A stretch of DNA of 62,207 bases, counting the filler, from Globobulimina sp. (lineage: Eukaryota): the NCBI GenBank assembly GCA_003354225.1. It is 29 parts of 29 records of this genome, joined end to end, with 100 filler letters (N's around TTAATTAATTAA, not from the genome) between each part and the next. Parts side by side here need not be neighbours in the genome. Positions count along the whole stretch, not along the records: positions 1 to 2,050 come from PIVH01009424.1; positions 2,151 to 4,200 come from PIVH01009425.1; positions 4,301 to 6,350 come from PIVH01009426.1; positions 6,451 to 8,499 come from PIVH01009427.1; positions 8,600 to 10,648 come from PIVH01009428.1; positions 10,749 to 12,797 come from PIVH01009429.1; 23 more parts are not named here. One strand, 5' to 3'. The notes under the pieces are model-generated. The model was not told the DNA's origin. It searched no databases and worked only from the letters and a program-made list of their open reading frames with translations. The position numbers and the translations under genes are program-made. Each line of letters begins with the position of its first letter. The first letter of the stretch is position 1. Below, piece after piece: positions 1 through 12,162 of the stretch.

Positions 1-1019
1 CAGATTTCAAAAACTAGCACCATACGAAGCCACAGATTGGCAGGTCTTGCCAGAAAATAACTATTCAAAATTCCAGGATGGCACTGAGAAAATCCCATTT
101 GTCAAACCATTAAGCGAACCATATCCAGACGGACCATTTACGGAAACACGGCCAGAACCGCTATTGGTTTGGAATGATTTCCAGGAACGCTACGAATTGA
201 GAGACAAACGCATCATCTCTGAAAAAACCAAGAAAACCCTGTTGTCGATGCATCGGAGAGAACCAATGAAATGGAATAAGTTGTCTCTATCCAAATATTT
301 AGGAATGAGTCCGGAAACCATTGACTTTATCTTCTGGGAAAATGAAATGAGATTAAAATATAAAATCCCGTACGATTTGGATAGCATTAAGTTATTGGAG
401 GCTTACTGCGGCACCGCAGACATTGTCGAATCAAAAGTTTATTCGATGATGGCCTATTCCGAGGTTACTGGCGATCCCTTTTTCACTGCCGGCAAAATGA
501 CAAAAGCGAGTCCTTTGGTGGTGCACGAAGATGAAGTGGACGAACAGCTGTATTCTTGGCAGAAAAAGCAGCGTTTTCGGCCAAATTTGAGGTGTGAAAA
601 TTCTGCCAAATTCTGCATTGCGTATTGCTTAAATAGGTATGAAATAATTTTGCAGCAAAGATCAGTATGAGATGATAGCTGAAGATGGCAGTGGTTCTGG
701 CAAATATATTTTGTCGGAGAATGAGATGATAAATGATGGGAAGAGGTCTTTTTTGATCGTGGATGTGGACGATGACACTGTGGGGAAAATATGGGGGTTA
801 CCGATGAATGTCAAAGTGAGGGAGAATAATGGCAAGATGAGGTGGGCCACATTGGAGGAGCTAAACTATTGCCGCGAGAAGGAATATCCTAAGAATGGAG
901 GCACTGCGTATAACAGACTGAGAGGGAAAAATAGGAAAATGTTTAAAAAGTTTAAAAGAGACTTTCCGAGAAGACCTTATATTGATCGCCAGTATTTTGA
1001 AGGACATTGGAATACATAA
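1..1019 (+). CDS. Mitoribosomal small-subunit protein mS45/Bot1/GCD1-like, 5' partial; intron 592-655
   Basis: ISEKTKKTLLSMHRREPMKWNKLSLSKYLGMS..IDFIFW and C-terminal VKVRENNGKMRWATLEE resemble mS45/GCD1 motifs. Splicing GT592..AG655 fuses the 207-aa and 115-aa ORFs in frame (..PNLS-KDQYEMIAE). The 3' end may be chimeric. Confidence 0.6.
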
Positions 1020-1344
1020 CTGTTGCATGGTATATTTTTGATCTCCCATCCCTTTTTACCTGAATAATTTTTTGGTTTGCAACATTATGAGCATTAGTTA
1101 TGACTCTGTTGCCATCGATAATAAATCCTGAACCGTTAATTGTGCTTGGAGGCAGCATCATCCATGGCTTTGCATAGGAAGGTTCGCTGTTAACAGTGTA
1201 TATCTGTACCATTGCATTTGCTATCCCATCTTCCTGTTTTTCTGCAAGGGCAGGACCGGATATTATTAACTGAAAGATAAATATAAGAAATATTAACGCG
1301 GTTATTTGAATGGTACTTCTGAATTGTCTTGTGGAACTATTCAT
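1012..1344 (-). CDS. Bacterial trypsin-like (HtrA/DegP2-type) serine protease, N-terminal part only
   Basis: Signal peptide (..GPALA), then PW...GSGFIIDGNRVITNAHNV..IQVKR....YHATV. Homology stops before the catalytic Asp/Ser, where the sequence runs into the eukaryotic gene. Confidence 0.8.
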
Positions 1345-1566
1345 CAATTATATCTACTTCATTGAATGGATGCCGTCTTGCCAAACAACACAACGGTATT
1401 AAAACCAGTATTTTTACGAGTTGTTACATCACATTAATTAACTTATCGTTTTATTTAGGAAAAACCTTAATGTTTTAGGGGTCATGAATGTACCTCGCAC
1501 AGTTGGCAATAATGAATTTCCATGTTATATATAGCATATGGCTCTATCTTCAAGGTTTGTTAGATC

Positions 1567-2050
1567 ATGACCCGTATCAAAAGGATTGATTTTCTGAGAC
1601 AAGTTACATTAATAGCGATGATATTGCTTTGTGTGACAGTACTTTATGGCTGTGATACAGAGTCCAGCCGTTTAGATGGCATTACTATTGAAAAACCCGG
1701 AAAGGCTGAATTTGTATCGAGTCAAACCTGCATCGAGTGCCATGAGGAACAATATAAGCAATGGACCGGCTCTCATCATGACCTGGCCATGGATCTGGCT
1801 ACAGAACAGACTGTAATCGGTGATTTCAATGATTCAACATATACTGCTCATGGTGTTACATCCACTTTTTACAAAAAAGACGGGAAATTCTTTACACGAA
1901 CGGACAGTCCCGACGGAACACTTCAGGATTACGAAATAAAGTACGTCTTCGGGGTCGATCCTCTTCAGCAGTATATGATCGAATTCCCTGACGGCCGTAT
2001 CCAGCTGCCGGATATCGGCTGGGATGACCATCCAAAGGAAGAAGGCGGCC
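1567..2050 (+). CDS. Bacterial multiheme c-type cytochrome lipoprotein (c554-like/TPR family), 3' truncated
   Basis: Lipobox LYGC, heme motif CIECH, WTGSHHDLAM, GDF, and FGVDPLQQYMIEFPDGRIQ. No introns; higher GC. Confidence 0.85.
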
Positions 2051-2150
2051 NNNNNNNNNNNNNNNNNNNNNNNNNNNNNNNNNNNNNNNNNNNNTTAATT
2101 AATTAANNNNNNNNNNNNNNNNNNNNNNNNNNNNNNNNNNNNNNNNNNNN
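2051..2150. other. Artificial contig linker N44-TTAATTAATTAA-N44 (stops in all six frames). It recurs 28 times, roughly every 2150 bp.
   Basis: Identical 100-nt spacer between size-sorted contigs (1-2050, 2151-4200, 4301-6350 ... 60161-62207). Confidence 0.99.
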
Positions 2151-3820
2151 GAAGCCGCCTCATCGTATTATTTGCAATCGGAGCTAGAGTCTGCGTACAA
2201 TTCTCACAGAAGGTGCCACCGCAAATATTTAAGGTCTCATTCAATGTGGCATTGTTACCATCTAAACAGCTCAGAACAATGCCGCGCGCATTCAATATAA
2301 ACAATGGCGGGGAATACATGGTGATTGGAAACGTATTGTCCCAAGCTTGCCCTGCTGAAAAGTCCGGAATTATGGCATCAATTCGTGCAGAAATATCACC
2401 GACTGCACAACCCATGAAAAAATCATCAGGTCCGCAATAATAATTTACGGTCACATTCGTGTCGTTGGGGCAACGAACCATATCTTTGTGCAGTGGACAA
2501 AAATATGTTGCCATACTTTTATCAAATTCGTGTACACGCAAATAACTCTATTGATATCGCATTTTATTATAAACGTTTTCATTTAAAATGTTTTAAATAC
2601 GATATCCCGACACAAATTTGATAAAAGTTGTTTTTATGTTATGGTACCTTGACAGTATAATGAGCCTGAATTGTCAATGCAAGTATGTGTTGGATCGTAA
2701 ATACCACCAAACTCATCGACATCGCAATTATGAAATGCTGCGCCTTCTTCATAATATGGATATTCTTCATATAGCTGCAAATACCATTCATTACAAACGC
2801 CCGCAGCACTGAGAGGAATATGGAATGATACACCTTGATTATCAAAGGAAATGGTAAAATTCTCAAACTCTTCTCCTAATTAATGATTGTAACAACGTTA
2901 TATATGACCAGATAGAAACATATATATTACGTACCCGCTTCAGATAAATCAATTTCGACAGTTTCCGGATCGGTTAAATCAAGATCCGGAAGGTAGGCAT
3001 TGTTCCCTTGAAGTATGGGAGCACAAAAAAGTGGCTCACCTTCCTCATCGCCACAATGTATAACAATGGAATACAGCGCAGGGTCGCTGTTTAGTGGGGC
3101 CTGTAATAATTCGTCTTGAATCTCCCAATACGATGCATACGCACCAAAGACATTAATGCCAACGGTTTCATTTGTGGCATTATCCCAGTCGAGCACGTCG
3201 AGATAGCCATACTTGCCGGAGAGGTCACCCACTTCGCACGAATATGCCACCAAATCAAAGTTATCTATGTCGCAGCTATATTGACCTAAATAATATTCAG
3301 ATTCTTCATAGATTGATGATGATGGAATGCAACCGCCATACGACGCGCAGGCGATATTTCCTGAGGATGGACCACAAGCCATCCATGGGTCAAAATGTCT
3401 GCCGGTAAAATTTGAATGGCATTCTATGCCCATTCTGTCCGGGCCCTGCCCATATGTCCATTTGTCGTGAATATGCATCGATAAGCCTTCTTCGCTACAA
3501 TTTCCATTTTCAAACAATGACCAATCGACTGCGCTGAAGTCTAAATCATACCACATTGCATTTTGGAAAAGATCAACATAGCCAGTTAACCGATTGTAGA
3601 CAGTATTTGGTTTCGACAGGCCATTTCCTAAATGATTTCTGAGTATATAATAGCATATATGTATGTATGTATTTGTTTTTTTTTGTTTTGTATATTAAAT
3701 ATTGTGTTACAACATTACAATTTACCGAAACAGAGCTTCTGCTAATGTTGAACCATGAGTTTGATTCACAATTAAAGTGATTATCAATATGGAATATTGA
3801 CAGATACTTTTTCTGTGCAT
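2151..3820 (-). CDS. Secreted protein with two Cu/Zn-SOD-fold (Cu-only SOD5-like) domains; exons 3820-3726, 3638-2935, 2875-2648, 2483-2151; 3' partial
   Basis: Signal peptide MHRKSICQYSILIITLIVNQTHG. Domain 1: MHIH..TGRHFDP..CEVGDLSGKYG..SIVIH. Domain 2: LQLY..FGGIYDP..CAVGDISAR..GIVLS. Three GT-AG introns keep the frame. Confidence 0.75.
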
Positions 3821-5169
3821 GACTCAGTAAGATGTTTTTCAGAACAAAATGTCAAGAAAAAGTATACAAACAAAATACGTACAATGATGACAATTTTCGT
3901 CCAAATTGCTAAACACAATTCGTCAATGAATAAAACACATGTAATTCCGATAAATTATTAATAATCACTCGAAATTAAATTGCTTTTTACCGAATTCCGA
4001 TAAATTTTTAACGAATTCGAATATGAATATTCAAAATTGCTTTCACCGGAATCCATGGCCATTTCATCAGAATATTCTGAATCATCTTCCCTGTAAGAAT
4101 CTGTTATGGCTATTTCTGGTTTAGATATTGTATGTTTCTCCGCAGAACTTTGATCATCTGTACTATGATAATCATCATTGTCTTCATTATCTGAATTAGA
4201 NNNNNNNNNNNNNNNNNNNNNNNNNNNNNNNNNNNNNNNNNNNNTTAATTAATTAANNNNNNNNNNNNNNNNNNNNNNNNNNNNNNNNNNNNNNNNNNNN
4301 GGACATCGATGAAATTCTTATTTTGTGCTCAGTGCAATCCTAAGAATAACATAATGTGGATTTGTAAAAAACTATTAATATAACACCGTATATAGAATAG
4401 AATTTTGTGACTGATATAGAGAAAAAGACCACTGAGGTCGGATATGAATATTTGCTGTTAACGTCTCGGTCTAAACAATGACCTTTGAGAACACTAAAGT
4501 TTGAGGTTTTGTAAATTAATTAATAAAAACATGAAGTTCACACTAAAAAATAAGTAACACTCAAAAATAGAAACAAGAAATAATTAAATAAATAAAAAGT
4601 TAGAACCCCAGGCAGATAACAAAAATAAAATGGGGATATTTCGCATATTTTATCAAAATAAAACAACCCATAAACAAATATGCAAATTTGGGCAAAATTT
4701 AAAGATATAATAATATAAATATTATTATTCTTTGTCAAAAATGTTTGATTTTATAAAAAGAAAATGGAACAATACATTAAAAAATTTCAGTATTTTTCAA
4801 TAAATTTGTATATACAATGGAAACAATGATATCATAAAGAAATTAACTACAAACAAATAAGCAGTCGCAATATTAAAACAGTAGGAATATACACAAAACA
4901 TTGCATTTGCCTATTTTCACTCTCTTGTACATAAATGTGATTGTAAGGTGTAAAAAATAAAAGAAAAATGTATACAGAAAGTCAGATCCATAAACATTTC
5001 AACATGATAAGCAATCAAAAAATATATTTAATAAAACAATAAGAATTTTGTTATAAGATTTTAAAGGGACAATAAAACAAAAGGTACGGCATAGAAAAAA
5101 AGTGAATATAACCAAACTAAAATAACTTGATTTAAACTAATGATTAATACCAATTTAATACATTTTCAT

Positions 5170-6350
5170 CTAATCGATATCCATACGATTCGATGTATTT
5201 GATTTCTTTTTATTTAATAACTTGGTTTGCTGGGTTTTGTTATACGAATTTGTATATTTAATTTGATCAATTCTGTTAAAATGTAATTTGTGTAATACAT
5301 CAATGTTAAAAATGAATTTCTTTGCTTGTAATCTCCAATTAATATTCCACATTTTTTTAATATATTTTCCTTTCTCGCGATCGATTCTAATCATTTTATC
5401 AAATTTATTAAATTTAGTGTTATAATTGCGGCGATTCAATCCTTTGTTGTTGAAGTCTTTTTTATCGTTTCCCGAATGATAATGTGTAAGTAAATCGCCT
5501 TGATATTTAATCTCTGATTTATTTAATCTTTGGTCAGCTGCTTGGAATGTAAATGTATTATTATTTTTTAGTCCGTCTAATATCATAAATCTGCAATTCT
5601 TTAATCTATTTTCTTTGTTGTAACAATCCGAATTAATCCGATTAAAATGTCTTACCATAGGATAGTTGAAGGCGTCTTTGTTGTTAATAATGGCATTTTT
5701 GTGTTGATTAATACGTGTTTTAGCCATATTTTGTGTCGATCCAACCGACTCAATACCGCAATATATACAACACATAATATATATAATCCATTTTGAATTG
5801 CAATTAAAATGCTGTTTAATCGTAATTTTTCTATTTAGTTTGGATGCAATATAGAAATCACCCGATAATAATAATTGTGTCCCGTTTCTATTCTTTGTTG
5901 TACAAATACTGCAACCTTTGTTGCACGGAAAACATCCATTTGGTAATTTGTTAGATTTGGGTGAAATTCTACTTACTTCACAGTTTTTTGTTTTATTTTT
6001 TAATGTACAAAATGATCGGATATCGTTTTTTCTATTTACTATCAATCCAAATCTAATGATTAAATTAATTGTTTCCAATTTTATAAATGTGTTATTTATC
6101 AAATTAATATTATTCGTCGTGAACCAATTCAATGTAATTAACCCCGAATACATCATAAAATAATTACGTTTTTTGATATACATAATATTATCAAATAAGT
6201 CCGAGTATATTTTCAGATTGTTATTATTTCTTAATATTAATCTTGAATTTGCCAAATTGTTGTCATTATTGATTGGATCACTCAAATTATTTGCTTGTTG
6301 TATGATATTCAATGCATTTTCAATTTGTTTTATGTTTAATGATCGTTCGG
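5170..6350 (-). mobile_element. Penelope-like retroelement, C-terminal GIY-YIG endonuclease region (5' truncated)
   Basis: CFPCNKGCSIC linker, FNCNSKWIIYIMCCIYCGIESVGST..KTRINQHKNAI..PMVRHFN..RLNKSE..GLN: the PLE Uri-domain pattern. Confidence 0.85.
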
Positions 6351-6766
6351 NNNNNNNNNNNNNNNNNNNNNNNNNNNNNNNNNNNNNNNNNNNNTTAATT
6401 AATTAANNNNNNNNNNNNNNNNNNNNNNNNNNNNNNNNNNNNNNNNNNNNGCAAATGTTTTTGGATCGGAAAGAATTGTATTTTACCTCTCCATTTAAAC
6501 AGCAATTTGAAGCAAATGCGAGACACAATGTTGCCAATGAAATAAAAATGCTACAAATAGCCGCCAATTCCAATCAATGACATTGACATAGATAGGATCG
6601 AACTGGCAACATATTGTATTTTTTGTTGTGTTGTGGTTTGTAATATTTTGTGGTTGGATACTAATGTCTTGCACAAGAAACAGAATTAATGTACGCACTT
6701 TAAACATGTGAGTCCGCAGTCTCCGCACCGAATTCGACTGCTTTAGTATCTTTACTCACGTTGAGA

Positions 6767-8032
6767 ATGGCTTTTATTTTGACTGGTTTGCATGTATCAT
6801 TATTGCTAATCACTGCCAGTGCATCTAATATATCGTCAATATCTGATGATGTGTTCCTGAATAATATTCTTGATTACATGTCGGTGAACGACATCATCGG
6901 AAATAGATTAATTTGCAGAAGATTTAAATCATACATTGATGAATATACTCAATTTGAGAATGTGACATGTTTACATCACCTATGCGCACAAGGTTGTGTA
7001 ACAGGAATGAAATGCATTTGTTCCACCATTAAATCACTGCAACAATCGCGATTACTCATATATACTGTTCCTAAATTTGTATGCTATTTATTTACAACAA
7101 ATCAATTAGTAAAAATATTGAATACCAACACTACAAACAATGGCACCCATCATGGAATTCAAAGTCATCCATTATTTGATCAGAAGTTATACGGTAAAAA
7201 AATGGGATATTTTTTAATTCGGGCAATGTTTGATTTTGTTTGTTCTGAACCCATTGCAATGTACGCCATATTGATCAATTTGTATAAAACGGAACGAACA
7301 AATCATTATTCTGAATATAGCAAAATATTTAACAAAATACGAAAACATATGATTCAACAGCTACGAGATAGATTTTGTATTTCTGGCCATGACTGGACGA
7401 ATATTGATTATTTTTGGGGAGGTGTCTTGCATTTCGATTTGGATCATTATTGCTTTTGGAGAGTCATTGATGATTTTATTGAGTCAGAGTTAATTTTAAT
7501 AAATGTGGCACTTAAAACTGCGATAATCCGTGAATTATTATTTCGAGCATGGAAACAAAATATTAACACAACACAGCAATATGAGAGGTTAATTAAGTCA
7601 GTCACCAGTTGGATGCTGATAAGTGGTGTTGAGCATGGCGATTATGTCTCGAATGTGATTGGTTCACGCTTTTTTCGATGGAATTTAACCAATCAGAAAC
7701 GCGTAATAATTGCAAATATTTTTAGAAATTATAGTGTAAATTCAAGATGGAGTGTCAACCAAACATCGGATACTGATACACGTGCAAGTATGTGCTTGCT
7801 GAGTGAATATGCAATTTGGTCGCAAAATGAGTTATTGCTCGATATATTGACACATAATTTGGGTTTTAATCCGTGTCGAATAAAATGGATGCAAAGACAA
7901 ATCAAAATGTTAAATCAAACGGAATGTTCATCGGCTTCATACAGACTTTATCAAAAGATTTGGAGACACAGATATCGGTTTTCCGCTCCTCCGATTGTTA
8001 CGCAAAACATCCAAATATGCCCAATCATGTAA
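6767..8032 (+). CDS. Hypothetical protein with an N-terminal hydrophobic leader followed by an F-box-like motif
   Basis: Long intact ORF; ISDDVFLNNILDYMSVNDIIGNRLICRRFK matches F-box spacing. Confidence 0.55.
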   Translation: MAFILTGLHVSLLLITASASNISSISDDVFLNNILDYMSVNDIIGNRLICRRFKSYIDEYTQFENVTCLHHLCAQGCVTGMKCICSTIKSLQQSRLLIYTVPKFVCYLFTTNQLVKILNTNTTNNGTHHGIQSHPLFDQKLYGKKMGYFLIRAMFDFVCSEPIAMYAILINLYKTERTNHYSEYSKIFNKIRKHMIQQLRDRFCISGHDWTNIDYFWGGVLHFDLDHYCFWRVIDDFIESELILINVALKTAIIRELLFRAWKQNINTTQQYERLIKSVTSWMLISGVEHGDYVSNVIGSRFFRWNLTNQKRVIIANIFRNYSVNSRWSVNQTSDTDTRASMCLLSEYAIWSQNELLLDILTHNLGFNPCRIKWMQRQIKMLNQTECSSASYRLYQKIWRHRYRFSAPPIVTQNIQICPIM

Positions 8033-9490
8033 GATTAAAAATATTGCTTTAATAAATCACCTCACTGCTCAGTCAGACAAAAGTTTTTGTGAATTGCACT
8101 CAAAAAAAAAAGTAGGTTCATATTGAAGCACATTATGGCAGTATTCATAAATAAATGCTTACGAAAATGCCTTAAACTGAGCCAACATAACTACCCATTC
8201 CAGCCACATTGATGTATTGGCACATTTTTCTGTTGTTTCCTTTGCAAACCGCCGTATGGCCTTTGCATTGGTATCGTATTAAGGTATATTTGTACAAAAT
8301 TGCATGCGCAAAATGGCAAAGACAAAACACATTGCACGTAATGTAAGGTACCCATTTGCCATCACAATGATGCTTTATTCCTATTTTATGCACAATATAC
8401 TCTTATTTTATCGACAGAGACTGTATATTGGCCTCATCCATTGACAATGTGAGCGAATTGACACATAGAATGGGCGAAATAGAGTCATTTTTATACAGAN
8501 NNNNNNNNNNNNNNNNNNNNNNNNNNNNNNNNNNNNNNNNNNNTTAATTAATTAANNNNNNNNNNNNNNNNNNNNNNNNNNNNNNNNNNNNNNNNNNNNG
8601 GAAAATACTGAATATAAAAAAATATAATTAAATACTGAATATATAAAATTAAATATGATGAATGTTTAACAGAAATTAAATTATTCCAAATATTAGGAGA
8701 TCAATCAAATTTTGTCAGTTTAAAATCAATAAAATTTAATTATGATCGAATATATATAGATGAAGATGGCTATGAACATAATTATAAGTCATATAGATCG
8801 TCGTATGGTGGTCGTGGCAGTAAGCTGAATCATATTAAAATGTTGGATGGAGTGTTTAAAATGATAAAAGCAAGAAATCAGAAGGATTTATCGTTAGATA
8901 TTTGTATTAATTTTGCAAATGAAAAACCAGCCGATTTACGTTATGTGTCTTATGGGAGAAACACATCAATGAAAGATAATACAACTGAAATTTGGAAATA
9001 TGTAATAAATTTTATTGGCGTTGTAACAGAGTTGCAAATGGAGTCAGATATTAAATGTGAAATTAGTATGGAGTCAGCTCATTTGTTGTCAAACGTACCA
9101 CTTAAAATTTTTAAATTTTGTCAAATCGACAAATAATGAAAAGGCAAAGGCATTTCAATATTCTACGAGTGGTAATTCAATTGAATTAATATGGCAAACA
9201 AAAAAATAAATAATTTAACACTTTTTAGGAGATTTTTTTCATTTCTTAGATGCTTCATTTTTATTTTTTTTTATTGGATTATATAACTAATTTGCTTTTT
9301 TTACATTTTTATTTTTTCATCGTTTTACATTGCATTTTTATCTTTTATTCCTTTCTATATTTTCCCCTTTCTATATTTTCCAATCACTTTTCTCCTTTTT
9401 TCTCTCTTTGTTTTTTGTTTCATCAAAAAACGTTTTACATTTAAATTTCAAACAACTAACACCAAAAAAAAGAATATTATCATAATTGCA

Positions 9491-10648
9491 ATGCAGACCA
9501 GACCATTTCCAATGACAATGGCAGCTTTGTCAGATTGCCACTCAATTTCATCATTATTGCAGGTAAATAGAAAAGGATGGAATACAGAACTTGTATTGAA
9601 TTCGAACAAAATTGAAGAATTTTCATGTAAAAGTTGTAACCAAATCTGTCGTGATGCCGTGGAATTATCGTGTCAACATAATGACGACGAGATTGATTTG
9701 TATTGCAACGACTGTTTGCTGCAAATATTGAAAGAAAATGACGAAAAATGTCCTATAAACCCAATGCATAAAATAACATCAGTTCAACCAATACGAAGTA
9801 TAAGAAAACTTATTTTAAAATTGAAAGTTGTTTGTCCTTTTTCCAATCATTTTAGACTCAAAAATATGAAAAATGATGAAACGAATGAAATTTATGATAA
9901 TTTGGATGAAAAGGAAGGAATGAATTTAATGAATAATCGTAACGACTGTGATTGGATCGGATCATTAAATTATTTGATCACAAATCACATCAAACATTGT
10001 AAATTATCATCAAATGATATTATGCTGAAAACCATTGAAGTCATGAAAGAGAAATTGGATAAAAACGATGAAGAAATCAAAACAATCAATGATAAATTAT
10101 TTAAAAAAAATGTTGAAATTTTTAATCTCAAAGAAACAAATCAAAGAACGCGAATCGAAATTGATGAAATTAAGAAAATATTAAAACAAATAACAAATAA
10201 TATGCCTAATATGAAGAATGAAGAAGAGAAATTGATGGAAATTAAATCAATCAAAATGAGAGATGAAATGGATTATTTTGCGTTGATCGGATCTGAAGTG
10301 ACAAAAACAAAGCAAAATTTGAGTGTGGCGGCTCGGGATGGTGACAGTTATAATAATTGCACGTGTTTTGGAAATGTGAAAATCGCATCGATGAGTGACA
10401 AGATTTATAAATGGTACATTCGAATCGACGCAGGAATTGGAAATAAAAGTATGGTGATTGGAATTGTCCAAAGTGATTACAATAACGTAAAGAAAGAGTT
10501 TTTCCGTGATAAAATCTCGATAAATTATGGCTATTCCGGCAAAAATGGAGAAATTTGCTCAAGCAACAAATGGAAAGCCTACGGAGAAGAATTTGAAATC
10601 GATGATGTGATTTGTATGGAATTGAATCTGCGAAAGGGACATTTTATC
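9491..10648 (+). CDS. RING/TRAF-type zinc finger, coiled-coil and SPRY/B30.2 protein (TRIM-like), 3' truncated
   Basis: FSCKSCNQIC..LSC.H...YCNDC..KCP, LKVVCP, CDWIGSL..H..HC, then heptads, then YKWYIRI..MVIGIV..YGYSG..GE..YGEEF..DDVICMELNL. Confidence 0.85.
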
Positions 10649-11690
10649 NNNNNNNNNNNNNNNNNNNNNNNNNNNNNNNNNNNNNNNNNNNNTTAATTAA
10701 TTAANNNNNNNNNNNNNNNNNNNNNNNNNNNNNNNNNNNNNNNNNNNNAATATATTAAAATGTTAAAAGCATTCAACAATAATTATTAATGTACTGTACA
10801 GTGTATATATTATAATGTAGACTCTAATTCACTTTATTAAATATATGAAATTTAAATAGGCAATAAAGTTTCTGAATAATATGTACACGAAAAACATTAA
10901 CTGTATATATAATATTATATAAATCGCATTATTTAATTGTCATATTTACTCATTAAGTATATTTGCAATTATATTTAATCAAATTTTTTATATTATTTCA
11001 ATTTGTTCGTTACGAAAAAAATGGGAAGAAAATGATTTGTTAGGAATTGTTGTATATGGATCGCGTTTATGTGGAATGTGTGGTATTATCAGCTGTTTAT
11101 ATTTATCTATGAAATTTAGCAAGAAAATCTATTATCAAATTTGTGCCTTTTGTTGTATTAAATTTGCGGAAAATGGTATAAAAAATAGTATGAGATCATG
11201 ATGTATATAAGTTAAACTGTGCAGTGTCTTGTAAATTTTTGTTTGAATGAATTGAAAATAATTAAATTTATTTATAATAAATAGTGTCTTTACAGTGCAA
11301 AATGTGACTCGCTTTGGTTAAAACTTGCAAAACATAAAACATTAGAAAATAAAACAGACACAATCTGGTTCTGATAAAAGCTTGGAGACAACAGAAAAAT
11401 CGGAGCCATGAATAGATTGTAACATATAACTAAAAAATTGTTAATGTACATTCTTGCTATATATATATATTTATTACCTAACAACGCCATAAAAGTAACT
11501 TTATTTGCTGTTTTTTGCTATAGCCAGAACTGTTTTATTTAATAAAATAGAAACAAAAAAACAGAATTTTGAGACTCAAAAAGCAAAAAATAAAATAGAA
11601 AACTGTGATAATTGGGATTTGAACCCAAATCTTATTGAATAAAATGCTCTCATCGAGCTATTATCACTATATTCTATGGATTGCGATAAA

Positions 11691-11796
11691 TGGCTCGCTA
11701 CGCTCGCCAATATGCTATGATTACAATGCGGCGGCTTCGCCGCCATAAATACCATAATGAATACGATTCGGCGGCTTCGCCGCCATAAATAGCATA
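11691..11796. repeat. Three GC-rich mini-hairpins, including a 23-bp direct repeat (CGGCGGCTTCGCCGCCATAAATA at 11729 and 11769)
   Basis: Read directly from the sequence; GC islands in otherwise very AT-rich non-coding DNA. Confidence 0.85.
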
Positions 11797-12162
11797 ACAA
11801 ATAATTGCCAACAATGCGTTCAAATCATCCAATAAATTCGATATGCTTCTTTTATTTCATTTTTAGTCCACGATATCATTTTTTCTATTCGTTGTCTTTT
11901 GCTTTCAGTTTTAATTTGTATATTATCTGAAAGTTTATATATATGTTGAACATACTATTTGTTATTAATCGTAAATTGCAGTTTCAATATGCCCAAATTG
12001 CAGATCTGCGCTGTTACGCAAAGGGTTTCACAGAAAAAGCATCACTAAATATTTGCATGTCAATTTTTAATCTTTTGTGCTAGAGTGGTAATCACATTAT
12101 TATACTAAACATGAATATCAAATAGAAAAATAGGGTTTCATTCAAGAGAGACATACCAAAAC

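Noticed and set aside
2095-2106. Regularly spaced TTAATTAATTAA repeats and ORFs ending in X..LIN
   Set aside because: Synthetic concatenation linker; not a CRISPR array or a biological repeat.
2639-2866. 75-aa ORF in the track
   Set aside because: Wrong frame; the region is exon 3 of the SOD-like gene in another frame.
8172-8393. Cys-rich 73-aa ORF
   Set aside because: No recognisable motif and all three frames are comparably open, so no call can be supported.
11729-11791. CRISPR-like repeat-spacer-repeat
   Set aside because: Only two 23-bp copies with a 17-nt spacer, no cas genes, eukaryotic context.
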